Source: a phage
Length of the DNA stretch: 24,434 bases
Direction: 5' to 3' (one strand)
Assembly (NCBI GenBank): GCA_021031555.1
Contig: GCA_021031555.1_4954.1
This document shows, in pieces, positions 1 through 7,944 of this stretch (positions are counted from its first letter, which is position 1; each line of letters opens with the position of its first letter). A program made the position numbers and the translations under genes. The notes under the pieces are model-generated. The model ran no database searches, was not told the origin of the DNA, and saw nothing but the letters and a program-made list of their open reading frames with translations.

Positions 1-97
1 GCAAGTAGAAGAGGTTTAAAAGGTATAGGGAGTCGCATACTTCTCATGAATCTATACGTAAAATAATTCTTGACGGATTACATCGACACAACTACCT

Positions 98-538
98 GTG
101 GTCAAGAAAACAAGAAGGGTTGAAGGTATGGATCCGAACATCAGATTTGCTACAGACGAATTCATTCGTCGCGCCCGTAAAGTTCACGGTGATCGTTACG
201 ACTACTCATTCAGCATTGTTGAAGATAGTTCCAGCACCGTGGTTATTATTGACCGTGAAACTAACACAGTGTTTTTCCAGGTTGTCGCTGAACATCTGGA
301 CGGTGTTGAACCGGTAACGACTGCTGTTGAACCGGTAACGACTGCTGTTGAACCGGTAACGACTGCTGTTGAACCGGTAACGACTGCTGTTGAATCGGTA
401 ACGACTGCTGTTGAATCGATCAAGAATCTTTCTGAGACATTCGGTAACGTTGCAAACAGCGTGTATCACCAGTGCAATTATTCATCCGAAATGTTAGAAT
501 TTAGTCATGTTGAAACAATACGAGGACAATCCCCGTGA
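98..538 (+). CDS. hypothetical protein with five tandem VEPVTTA heptapeptide repeats
   Basis: 146-aa ORF from GTG 98 (alternative ATG 128 preceded by AGAAGGG). In-frame 21-bp tandem repeat. N-terminal HGDRYDYS motif. Stop overlaps the next start (GTGA). Function not recognisable. Confidence 0.55.
   Translation: MVKKTRRVEGMDPNIRFATDEFIRRARKVHGDRYDYSFSIVEDSSSTVVIIDRETNTVFFQVVAEHLDGVEPVTTAVEPVTTAVEPVTTAVEPVTTAVESVTTAVESIKNLSETFGNVANSVYHQCNYSSEMLEFSHVETIRGQSP
305..418 (+). repeat. 21-bp tandem repeat, about 5.4 copies (gttgaaccggtaacgactgct), coding
   Basis: Four perfect copies at 305-388, one copy with C->T (389-409) and a partial copy (410-418). In frame within ORF 98..538. Confidence 0.9.
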
Positions 539-945
539 TTAACGTAAAAGTTAATAAGGTTGACAACTCACTACGTATGGTATTCGGTTGGGGTAGTATC
601 TGTAAAAAACGTAATCAGGAGACAGGCCAGTTAGAAATTTACACAGACACGGACAACGAGCAATTTCCCGAGGATGTCACTCTGAAAGCATGGCTGGACT
701 TTATGAATTCTGACCAGCGCATCATGGACAATATGCACAATGAACAACCTGTTGGGAAAGTTGTGTTTGCGTTCCCGATGACTGAAGACATTGCGGCAAG
801 TTTTGGGCTGGTTGATAAACTGGATCAGACAGGCGTCATTGTTGGTACGTTGATAACTGATGACGAAGTTTTGAAAAAGTTTCAGACTGGTGAATATACT
901 GGATACAGCATCGGTGGAACTGCATATTATGAGGATGTGGAATAA
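535..945 (+). CDS. hypothetical protein, probably head morphogenesis
   Basis: 136-aa ORF; GAGGA 9 nt upstream of GTG 535; translationally coupled to flanking genes (GTGA and TAATG overlaps); sits in the head gene block. Confidence 0.6.
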   Translation: MINVKVNKVDNSLRMVFGWGSICKKRNQETGQLEIYTDTDNEQFPEDVTLKAWLDFMNSDQRIMDNMHNEQPVGKVVFAFPMTEDIAASFGLVDKLDQTGVIVGTLITDDEVLKKFQTGEYTGYSIGGTAYYEDVE

Positions 946-2204
946 TGCGTACAGATGGTACTAATCATTTACGCCGCGCTAAATCGATGAAGATCGGTTT
1001 TCTGTCCGGCGTGACAAAACCTGCTCACGAGGGAGCAAACGCTCTTGTTCTTAAATCACATTCAGAACCGCCTGCTGTTGTTCTTTTAAAGTCAACATTC
1101 AGTGCAGCACTGGCTGAAAAAGAACTTGAACAGAAAGTTCGTGATTTCCTCTCTAATTCGTGGATGTTGAACGATGCGCTTTATGAAGCAGCAGAGGATA
1201 TTGCAAAAGATGATTCTGTTACCGATAAACAAGCAGCATTGCGTGACGCGGTAAATGAATATATTATAACGTTGCAACAGGCCGCTGGTATTTCGATGAA
1301 TAAAGCGAAAGGTGGTAAAACTGAAGACGGTGAAGTTTTCCCGGCATCTGATTATGCATATGTACCAGATCCAGAAAAACCTTCAACCTGGAAACTTCGT
1401 TTAACAGCTACCCCTGGCGGTGAACCTGATGCGCGTATTGTAGGCGCTGCACTTGCTGCATTAGGTCCGGGTTATCGCGGTAACAAAGTTGAAATCCCTG
1501 AAGCCGATTTAGCAGGTGTTAAAAACAAAGTCCGATCCGCGTGGAAAAAATTACACCCGGACCAGGAAGTACCTCAAGTTTTAAAAACGGCAGAGGAAAT
1601 CGAAATGTCCGAACTGGAAAAATACAAAGCCCTGGCTGAGATGAACGACGTCCATAAGGCGTATCATAATTCTCTGCCTGAATCTGATCAGGAAGCATTC
1701 CGTAAAATGGATGCGACTGCTCGCGATGCTCTCGTGACGATGGCTAAACAGGCTGATGAATCGTTTACCACGATTGCTGGTCAGGTTGTTCAGAAATCTG
1801 TAGCTGGTCCGATGTATGACGTTCTGAAATCTCAGGACGAACAACTTCGCAAAGCACAGACTGAAGCGGCACTGGCGAAAGCTAAAGAAACCGTGAACAC
1901 TGATTTCGCACATATTCCGGGTGAAATGGTACAGAAAACCCAGATGGTCATGACTCTTGAGCGTTTACCGGAAGCGGATCGTAACTTCCTGGTTGAAAAA
2001 CTCAAACAGGCCGACGAACTCTGGAAAGCACGTAAAGAGCCAGCCGCGCCGAACGGCAGTGGTAAAGGTTCCAGTGCACTGGAAGACATGATCGACGAAT
2101 GGCTGAAAGCAAATCCGGGTAAAACACGTACCCAGGCTATGCAGGCCATTTCTGCAACTAAAAAAGGTCAGGAAGCAATCGAAGCGATGCGAGGTGACGA
2201 ATAA
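945..2204 (+). CDS. putative scaffolding protein (possibly protease-scaffold fusion)
   Basis: 419-aa Ala/Glu/Lys-rich, predicted helical protein immediately upstream of decoration-like and major capsid genes; TAATG overlap at both ends. Function inferred from position and composition only. Confidence 0.55.
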   Translation: MRTDGTNHLRRAKSMKIGFLSGVTKPAHEGANALVLKSHSEPPAVVLLKSTFSAALAEKELEQKVRDFLSNSWMLNDALYEAAEDIAKDDSVTDKQAALRDAVNEYIITLQQAAGISMNKAKGGKTEDGEVFPASDYAYVPDPEKPSTWKLRLTATPGGEPDARIVGAALAALGPGYRGNKVEIPEADLAGVKNKVRSAWKKLHPDQEVPQVLKTAEEIEMSELEKYKALAEMNDVHKAYHNSLPESDQEAFRKMDATARDALVTMAKQADESFTTIAGQVVQKSVAGPMYDVLKSQDEQLRKAQTEAALAKAKETVNTDFAHIPGEMVQKTQMVMTLERLPEADRNFLVEKLKQADELWKARKEPAAPNGSGKGSSALEDMIDEWLKANPGKTRTQAMQAISATKKGQEAIEAMRGDE

Positions 2205-2614
2205 TGGCTAAGAACAGCAAAATCTACTGGAACTATGAGCGCCCGACCCGTGCCGTTGCATCCGTGGCTATTTCGGCAGGTGTTGGTCTTGTTCTGGATA
2301 CCAGTTTAGGTGACACTAACCAGTGTGTACCTAAATATAAACTCCCAACGGCTGGCGGTCGTATCGACGGTGTAGCTGTTGATGATGTCGCAGCAGGTGT
2401 ATTCTTTGATCTGGTGAATGAAAAAGAAAAATTCATACCAGTAAAAGCCGCTGCAACGTTCGCCACAGGTGTCGAACTTGCTGTTGGTGCTGACGGACGA
2501 TTCCAGACCGCTACTGCTGAACAACTGGTTGTGGCTATTTCTCAAACTGGTGCCACTGCTGAAAACCAGGTAGTTACCGCATTACTTATTGCACCGTATT
2601 CTAAAGGATCATAA
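2204..2614 (+). CDS. putative head decoration / capsid accessory protein
   Basis: 136-aa Gly/Ala/Val-rich ORF directly upstream of the major capsid gene. Assignment is by position and size. Confidence 0.5.
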   Translation: MAKNSKIYWNYERPTRAVASVAISAGVGLVLDTSLGDTNQCVPKYKLPTAGGRIDGVAVDDVAAGVFFDLVNEKEKFIPVKAAATFATGVELAVGADGRFQTATAEQLVVAISQTGATAENQVVTALLIAPYSKGS

Positions 2615-2617
2615 CCG

Positions 2618-3637
2618 ATGAGTTACAAACAGAATTTTCGCGACGTTGGCGCACCAGATACATTCCTGTCTAACTTTTCTGTAAGTTACTGGCAGGATAC
2701 GTCACTGTTTGTCGGTACTCGTTATTTCCCGGTAGTTCCTGTTAACCAGGCTGCTGGTAAATTCCTGACTTACCCGAAAGGTTATTTCGGTCGTCCGGTT
2801 AACTCCAAACGTGCCGAAGATGGTGTTGCTAATACTATTGGTTACAAAACCAAAAACCAGGGTTACACCGTTGATGACGATGCGATCCGTATCTTTATTT
2901 CTGACAAAAAACGTGCAAACGTTCAGAACGGTCAGCAACTGGATATGGAAGCGTCAGCAGTAACCACAGATGCGTTGCTGATCAACAAAGAAGTGGATTT
3001 TGCTGAAAAATTCCTGACCGCTGGTAAATGGGGTCTTGATTTCCAGGGTAAAGATTCATCTCCGTCCACGGGCGAATTCCTGAAATGGTCTAATGCGAAT
3101 GCCGATCCGATTGGTGATATCCTGTCACGTCGTGTTGCGTTCTCTCTGGCATCCGGTGGTCGTCGCTGGAATAAAGCACTGATGACGCTGGACGTGTATG
3201 ACGCACTGACCCGTAACCCGGCTGTTATTGACCGCATTAACGGTGGTTCTACCACTCAGAATCCGGGGATCGTGACTAAACAGGCACTGGCTGCACTGCT
3301 GGAAGTTGACGAACTGGAAATCATGCAGTCTGTGGTCAACATGGCTGCTGATGGCGTTGAAGACAGTGACGGCAATCCGCTGTCAGACTTCCAGTTTGCT
3401 AAAACTGGTGTACTGATGCTCAACTATGTTGAACCGACTGTTGGTAACATGAAACCTGTTGCTGCTGCTGGCTTCGTGTGGAACGAATTCATCGGTCTGG
3501 GTGTTAACAACGGTCCGTCTATCCGCACCTATCCGGGTGTTGAAGGTCGCCGTGGTAATTTCGTTGAAGCGGAATTTGCCATTGATGTTCAGATGGTTGC
3601 ACCTGACCTGGGCGTTCTGTTCTACGACGCGGTTTAA
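2618..3637 (+). CDS. major capsid protein (HK97-fold type, no delta domain)
   Basis: 339-aa ORF of typical major capsid length with no N-terminal delta domain; follows scaffold and decoration-like genes; followed by a strong intrinsic terminator. Confidence 0.75.
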   Translation: MSYKQNFRDVGAPDTFLSNFSVSYWQDTSLFVGTRYFPVVPVNQAAGKFLTYPKGYFGRPVNSKRAEDGVANTIGYKTKNQGYTVDDDAIRIFISDKKRANVQNGQQLDMEASAVTTDALLINKEVDFAEKFLTAGKWGLDFQGKDSSPSTGEFLKWSNANADPIGDILSRRVAFSLASGGRRWNKALMTLDVYDALTRNPAVIDRINGGSTTQNPGIVTKQALAALLEVDELEIMQSVVNMAADGVEDSDGNPLSDFQFAKTGVLMLNYVEPTVGNMKPVAAAGFVWNEFIGLGVNNGPSIRTYPGVEGRRGNFVEAEFAIDVQMVAPDLGVLFYDAV

Positions 3638-3658
3638 TAACAACTGTGGTATCATTAA

Positions 3659-3684
3659 GGGGTGGCTTATGCTGCCCCTTTTTT
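3659..3684 (+). terminator. rho-independent terminator after the major capsid gene
   Basis: Stem GGGGTGGC / GCTGCCCC (8 bp, two G-U pairs), loop TTAT, followed by TTTTTT. Confidence 0.7.
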
Positions 3685-3699
3685 CATGAGGTTAAAATC

Positions 3700-4053
3700 A
3701 TGCGTAATTCATATGATCCGTCACTGAAATATGTTTTCACCCGTCCGATGCTGTGGAACGGTAAACAGATGTCCGCTGGCGATAAAGTATCAACATCAAA
3801 AGCTACCCCGGCTGTTTTAAATGCCCTTGTGCGTATGCGCCACATTGAACCAGCTACTGCGACCGTTGAAGAACCAGTGATTATAGCAAACGAAGAATCG
3901 GCATCAACCACTGCGGCTGAAATCCGACGTGACGCGCCAAAAACCTATAACGTTTATGTTATGGGTATGCCGATGAATTCAGAATCGTTTAGTAGTAAAA
4001 GTGCCGCTGCTGAATGGTGTGAATCTCAAGGCTTGACATATAACTATTCTTGA
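3700..4053 (+). CDS. hypothetical protein
   Basis: ATG 3700 with GAGG 9 nt upstream. The ORF-track start at 3646 would read through the terminator hairpin, so it is rejected. 117 aa. Confidence 0.6.
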   Translation: MRNSYDPSLKYVFTRPMLWNGKQMSAGDKVSTSKATPAVLNALVRMRHIEPATATVEEPVIIANEESASTTAAEIRRDAPKTYNVYVMGMPMNSESFSSKSAAAEWCESQGLTYNYS

Positions 4054-4061
4054 CCTATTGT
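4033..4061 (+). promoter_or_regulatory. candidate sigma70-type promoter
   Basis: -35 TTGACA (4033-4038), 17-bp spacer, -10 TATTGT (4056-4061). Lies at the 3' end of the preceding CDS and points into the non-coding region. Confidence 0.35.
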
Positions 4062-4256
4062 TAGTTGTAGATAGTTTTCGTGGCGACTTTGCGGACTTTT
4101 TAGAAACTGACCACAAAGATAAATGCAAACGAAGAACGTTTTCTGATGGCGGCGTAATAGCCTGTAAGTCAGCAAGGTCTTCCGATTCCTTGTAAATAAA
4201 TTCGGCGCACTGGCCCGGTGTGATTAATAATGGGCACACAACAGGTAAGAGCATTG

Positions 4257-4302
4257 CGCGCCTGACGAGTCCATGAGGGACGAAACGCATTAGCGTCGCG
4301 CG
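4257..4302 (+). ncRNA. type I hammerhead self-cleaving ribozyme motif
   Basis: Read directly from sequence. Stem I 4257-4261 (CGCGC) pairs with 4298-4302 (GCGCG). Core CUGACGA at 4262-4268. Stem II GUCC/GGAC (4269-4272 / 4278-4281), loop AUGAG. GAA at 4282-4284. Stem III ACGC/GCGU (4285-4288 / 4293-4296), loop AUUA. C17 at 4297, giving a GUC cleavage triplet with the predicted cut between 4297 and 4298. Confidence 0.7.
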
Positions 4303-4509
4303 GAGTATCCCCAGCCGGGGAATAACTGGATACCAGGGGAGTCAACCCTAAGCGCATTTACGAGTGTGTTTAGGGCGTGGGTCGGCAATGACTCCCTGTG
4401 CAGCCGACATCTGGCCCGGCAACATACAGTGCTCTTATCGTTGTGGTGAATTGCAGTTCTCAGAAACAACCAGAAGATAAGCGCCTGGCACTGCAACCAA
4501 ACACTCGCT

Positions 4510-4530
4510 GATAAGGAGGTGATCCTTATC
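4510..4530 (+). promoter_or_regulatory. hairpin carrying a 13-nt perfect anti-16S (extended Shine-Dalgarno) sequence
   Basis: TAAGGAGGTGATC (4512-4524) is the exact reverse complement of the 16S rRNA 3' end. It sits in an 8-bp inverted repeat GATAAGGA / TCCTTATC with loop GGTGA. A TTG at 4531 opens a 17-codon ORF. Confidence 0.4.
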
Positions 4531-4698
4531 TTGCTGGCGGGAAAGCCGCAAATCGTGGGTAAAGCATGTTGTGAAACATCCTGAACTGCGTGTCGTTTTA
4601 CATAACTGGTTATTCACGTGTCACGCATAGGGGTATGTTGGGACGTCAGGTGTGGATGACCAGTTATGTAAAACCCTCATTATCACCCAGAGCCATTT

Positions 4699-4724
4699 GC
4701 CGTCTGTTTAAGACGGCTTTTTTT
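4699..4724 (+). terminator. rho-independent terminator
   Basis: Stem GCCGTCT / AGACGGC (7 bp), loop GTTTA, followed by TTTTTTT. Confidence 0.75.
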
Positions 4725-4763
4725 CGTGCTAATATAACGAAAACATTTCTCACAGGTGATCAC

Positions 4764-5174
4764 ATGGCTATTACAGTTGAAGGTATTCGTTATTTGATCA
4801 GTGTCCCTGATGTTACTGATGAACAAATTCAGTGGTACATTGACAACGGTTATACAAATCCTCTCAGTATTTGCGTCGCTCTCTGTGATTATATGGCGTC
4901 TATTGCCAGCAACGATACTGATATTAAAGTAGGTCCGATCTCACTCAGTAGTAGTCAGTCAGCAGACGCCTGGAATAAACTTAAAAAAGATTTTATTTTA
5001 CGTATTAATACTGGCGCTGATTCAGGTGGCGGTTTGTTAGGTAGTTTTATGGGTGTTGGTGGAGCTACTTTAACTGGCGCTGGTATGCAACCTGCTATTC
5101 AACGTGGTCAGTTCGACAACCCACCTGTAACACTTGAAAGCGGTAGTCATGCACTTAATGAGGGTGAACGGTAA
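4764..5174 (+). CDS. putative head-tail joining / head completion protein
   Basis: ATG 4764 with AGGTGA upstream. The ORF-track start at 4590 would read through the terminator, so it is rejected. 136 aa. Function by position only. Confidence 0.6.
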   Translation: MAITVEGIRYLISVPDVTDEQIQWYIDNGYTNPLSICVALCDYMASIASNDTDIKVGPISLSSSQSADAWNKLKKDFILRINTGADSGGGLLGSFMGVGGATLTGAGMQPAIQRGQFDNPPVTLESGSHALNEGER

Positions 5175-5548
5175 TGGCAGACAAACGTCAAAGCGTCCTG
5201 AACGGTGTTACTCGTGCACTTGCTGAAGTAGGTGAGGATTTGACGGTAAAACGTGTGACAACAGTTCCCAACCCTTCTAATCCTACATTACCGGGTACAA
5301 CCGTTACTGAATCACACACCTGTCGTGGTTATATTTACCCATTAGAAAAGTGGGATCCGACTACTATGACCAGAATAACCACAACGATGGTAATTATGGA
5401 TAGTCAGAGTTTTGAACCACGATTCGTTCCCGATCGGGGGGATGTTGTGGTTGATGAACGTGGTAAAGAATATCGCCTTCTTGATTGTCAAAACCCACGA
5501 TTGTTAGGGGATGATATGGCATTTATTCACCCTGTTGGAGCGGCCTGA
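5174..5548 (+). CDS. putative head-tail joining protein
   Basis: 124-aa ORF; TAATG overlap with the upstream gene; position between capsid and tail genes. Confidence 0.6.
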   Translation: MADKRQSVLNGVTRALAEVGEDLTVKRVTTVPNPSNPTLPGTTVTESHTCRGYIYPLEKWDPTTMTRITTTMVIMDSQSFEPRFVPDRGDVVVDERGKEYRLLDCQNPRLLGDDMAFIHPVGAA

Positions 5549-5549
5549 T

Positions 5550-5981
5550 ATGGCTAAGGCTAACGTTAACGATATAAACCGGATAACAGGTGTCTTTAAA
5601 GACATTAAAGCCGACCTGCGAGATTTTACCGATCGTGAAGTCATCCGGTATGTCCTGACGTTACGTAATATTCTTGTCAGTGAACCACCTGACGGTACAC
5701 CTGTGGATACAGGCTGGGCAAGCAACAACTGGTGGTTCGATCAGGGGCAACCCGCTAATAGTCCTGATACACCAACAGGTAATGTTGAAACCAGTAAAGC
5801 ACGTATCGAACAGGATACTGTCACTATCAGCAGTATTAAAGTTAATGGTCAGGAACTGCATATTACTAACAATGTTCCTTACATTGGGGTTCTCAACGGT
5901 GGTAGCAGTACACAGACACCTTCCGGGTTTGTCGAACGTGCTATATTAAAAGCCGGAATAATGGTGAGGTTTAATCAGTGA
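5550..5981 (+). CDS. putative neck / tail completion protein
   Basis: ATG 5550 lies 2 nt after the upstream stop; 143 aa. Function by position only. Confidence 0.6.
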   Translation: MAKANVNDINRITGVFKDIKADLRDFTDREVIRYVLTLRNILVSEPPDGTPVDTGWASNNWWFDQGQPANSPDTPTGNVETSKARIEQDTVTISSIKVNGQELHITNNVPYIGVLNGGSSTQTPSGFVERAILKAGIMVRFNQ

Positions 5982-6403
5982 TGACACTCTCAGATGTTTC
6001 AGGAATTGTTTATAATCGCGTTCTGGCGAATCTCCCCGTGGAAATTACGCCTGACAGATTTACAATCGCTTCTGGTCAACTCCCTGATGACACTACAGAA
6101 AAACCCGGTCTGATTCTGACACACAATCCCGGTCCGTGGACAATAACCACGCTGGGTGGGGAAGGTGTTTGTCGCCGTCGTTTAAGAACAGGAAACGTTT
6201 TTTTACAGGTACGCACACCTGCTCAGTATGGTATGGACACTTTGAGTATTGATATTGCGGATCGGCTTGCAAAATTATTTGAAGGTGTCTGGCAGGACCG
6301 CCCGTTAATTTACACGAGTGTTGATATTCGTCATCAGGGTCGTGATAACGCGTGGTTTTTAACGAACGTCGTACTTAGTTACGAATACGAAGAAATATAT
6401 TAA
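5978..6403 (+). CDS. putative tail terminator / head-tail adaptor protein
   Basis: 141-aa ORF; start (GTG 5978 or ATG 5981) overlaps the upstream stop. Function by position only. Confidence 0.55.
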   Translation: MMTLSDVSGIVYNRVLANLPVEITPDRFTIASGQLPDDTTEKPGLILTHNPGPWTITTLGGEGVCRRRLRTGNVFLQVRTPAQYGMDTLSIDIADRLAKLFEGVWQDRPLIYTSVDIRHQGRDNAWFLTNVVLSYEYEEIY

Positions 6404-6439
6404 ACTACGAATGATTGCAATCAAACGAGGCTTAGAACA

Positions 6440-7897
6440 ATGGCTGAATCAATTTTTAAATGTTCGCAAACACCTGCGGCTGATGTAAACGCAACACGAC
6501 TCAGTGTTGCAAAAGTCTGTGAACCTGTTTCTGGTACACCCTGGACGGTTCAACAACCGAATGAAATCAGTTCTTACAGTGCTGATATTACAAAGACTCA
6601 GCGTACACCGATCAGTACGGACCGATCTGCACGTAAAGGCACGGTAACTAACGTTGAAGTTGCGCCGGGTTTTCAGACAGACCTGACACTTGATACGTTC
6701 CGCTACTGGGGTGACGGATTCCTTTATAGTAAATGGGTCGGTGCTGGTGCAATTGATATTGACGTTACCAGTGTTGGCGGTGACGCTTATAACGTTACTA
6801 CTCTTGATGCGGCATTACCTGAAGGTGCTCTTGTTTATGCGACAGGTTTTACACTGGCTGCAAACAACGGTTTGAAAACTGTAGGCGCTGATAGTACCAC
6901 TACTGCTATCAAAGTGTCAGGGCTTACTGCCGAAGCGTCACCGCCTGCTGAAGCTCGTTTGTATCTCGTGGGGTATGCTGCAGCGTCTGGTGACATCGCT
7001 GTTAACAGTAATGGTCAGTTGACGTCTACCACCCTGGATTTTTCCACACTGGGTTTAGTACCTGGTCAGTATATTTATATTGACGGTCTAACACAGTCGG
7101 TTACCAGTAAAATGGCCCGTGTGACTATGGTTGGTGATCATGTTCTGACTCTCGCTAACAGTGAATTCACCACTGAAGAAGGTGCGGGTAAAACTGTACG
7201 TTTATTTGTTTCCAGTTTTGTTCGAAACGTTCCTGTTGATTCTGCAGAGTTCGTGAAAACTGAATACACGATGGAAGCACGTTACAACACGACACCTGTT
7301 ATTTATGAATACGCGCGTGCTGTAGCTGCAAACCAGATGACAATCAACGCACCATTGACTGAAAAAATGACAATGGATCTGACGTTTGTAGCACAGGATT
7401 TATCAGCACCGTCAGAAACCGCGCTATCGGGTTCCGGGTATATTGAATTCGTGGCTAACGAAGCGTACAACACCGTAACGAACCTGAACCGTGTACGACT
7501 GACCGGGATTGATGATAGTGGCCTCAGTACGTTCCTGAAAGACGTTACTGTCACCGTGAATAACAACGTGTCAGGTGAAAACGTGCTGGGCGTGATGGGT
7601 GCTGCGTTTACCAACATCGGTAACCTGGAAATCACGATGGAAACTGAAACGGTGATGACGGACGGTGCTGTACTGGCTGCGATCCGTAACAACGCAACAG
7701 TCAACTTTGAACTTGCCGGGGTAAACGGTGATGGTGCAATCGTGGTTAACATCCCTGCGATGACACTGGGTGACGGTTCCAAGAACCTTGCGACGGGCGA
7801 AAAAGTGAAAGTCACTGTTAGCGGTAACGCCCACGAAGAAGAGTCGATCGGTTTTATGATTGGGTTTAGCTTGTTCCCGTACTTGCCTACAGCATGA
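6440..7897 (+). CDS. putative major tail (tube) protein, unusually long
   Basis: 485-aa Thr/Val/Gly-rich protein; ACGAGG RBS; located where the tube gene is expected; followed by a strong terminator. Confidence 0.6.
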   Translation: MAESIFKCSQTPAADVNATRLSVAKVCEPVSGTPWTVQQPNEISSYSADITKTQRTPISTDRSARKGTVTNVEVAPGFQTDLTLDTFRYWGDGFLYSKWVGAGAIDIDVTSVGGDAYNVTTLDAALPEGALVYATGFTLAANNGLKTVGADSTTTAIKVSGLTAEASPPAEARLYLVGYAAASGDIAVNSNGQLTSTTLDFSTLGLVPGQYIYIDGLTQSVTSKMARVTMVGDHVLTLANSEFTTEEGAGKTVRLFVSSFVRNVPVDSAEFVKTEYTMEARYNTTPVIYEYARAVAANQMTINAPLTEKMTMDLTFVAQDLSAPSETALSGSGYIEFVANEAYNTVTNLNRVRLTGIDDSGLSTFLKDVTVTVNNNVSGENVLGVMGAAFTNIGNLEITMETETVMTDGAVLAAIRNNATVNFELAGVNGDGAIVVNIPAMTLGDGSKNLATGEKVKVTVSGNAHEEESIGFMIGFSLFPYLPTA

Positions 7898-7917
7898 CAT
7901 GGTGGATGGTAGTGATT

Positions 7918-7944
7918 GCCCCGGAACTGCCCGGGGCTTTTTTT
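7918..7944 (+). terminator. rho-independent terminator after the major tail gene
   Basis: Stem GCCCCGG / CCGGGGC (7 bp), loop AACTGC, followed by TTTTTTT. Confidence 0.75.

Noticed and set aside
1-97. Promoter upstream of the first ORF (TTGACG at 70-75)
   Set aside because: No acceptable -10 hexamer at 16-18 bp spacing, and the region may be the 3' flank of an upstream gene outside the window.
305-418. Possible CRISPR array, suggested by regularly spaced 21-bp repeats
   Set aside because: The units are directly tandem with no spacers, in frame within a coding sequence, and encode a heptapeptide repeat. This is a coding tandem repeat, not CRISPR.
3646-3699. N-terminal extension of the 135-aa ORF (GTG 3646) annotated in the ORF track
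   Set aside because: The extension is translated straight through the terminator hairpin at 3659-3684 and has no RBS. ATG 3700 with GAGG upstream is the credible start.
4210-4419. 9-bp direct repeats CTGGCCCGG flanking the ribozyme, as possible target-site duplication of a mobile insert
   Set aside because: No transposase, no terminal inverted repeats, and a 9-bp match could be chance or part of RNA structure. Kept only as a note within the non-coding unit finding.
3979-4617. Four - strand ORFs of 60-103 aa across the non-coding region (3979-4290, 4169-4357, 4290-4496, 4435-4617)
   Set aside because: Overlapping, mutually exclusive frames with no RBS, in a GC-rich structured region. Most likely spurious frames over an RNA element.
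4590-4763. N-terminal extension of the 194-aa ORF (start 4590)
   Set aside because: It reads through the strong terminator at 4699-4724 and lies in the structured non-coding region. ATG 4764 with AGGTGA upstream is the credible start.
4054-4763. tRNA, tmRNA or group I intron in the non-coding region
   Set aside because: No T-loop (GTTCRANNC) with an acceptor-stem arrangement and no recognisable intron core. Only the hammerhead motif is supported by sequence.
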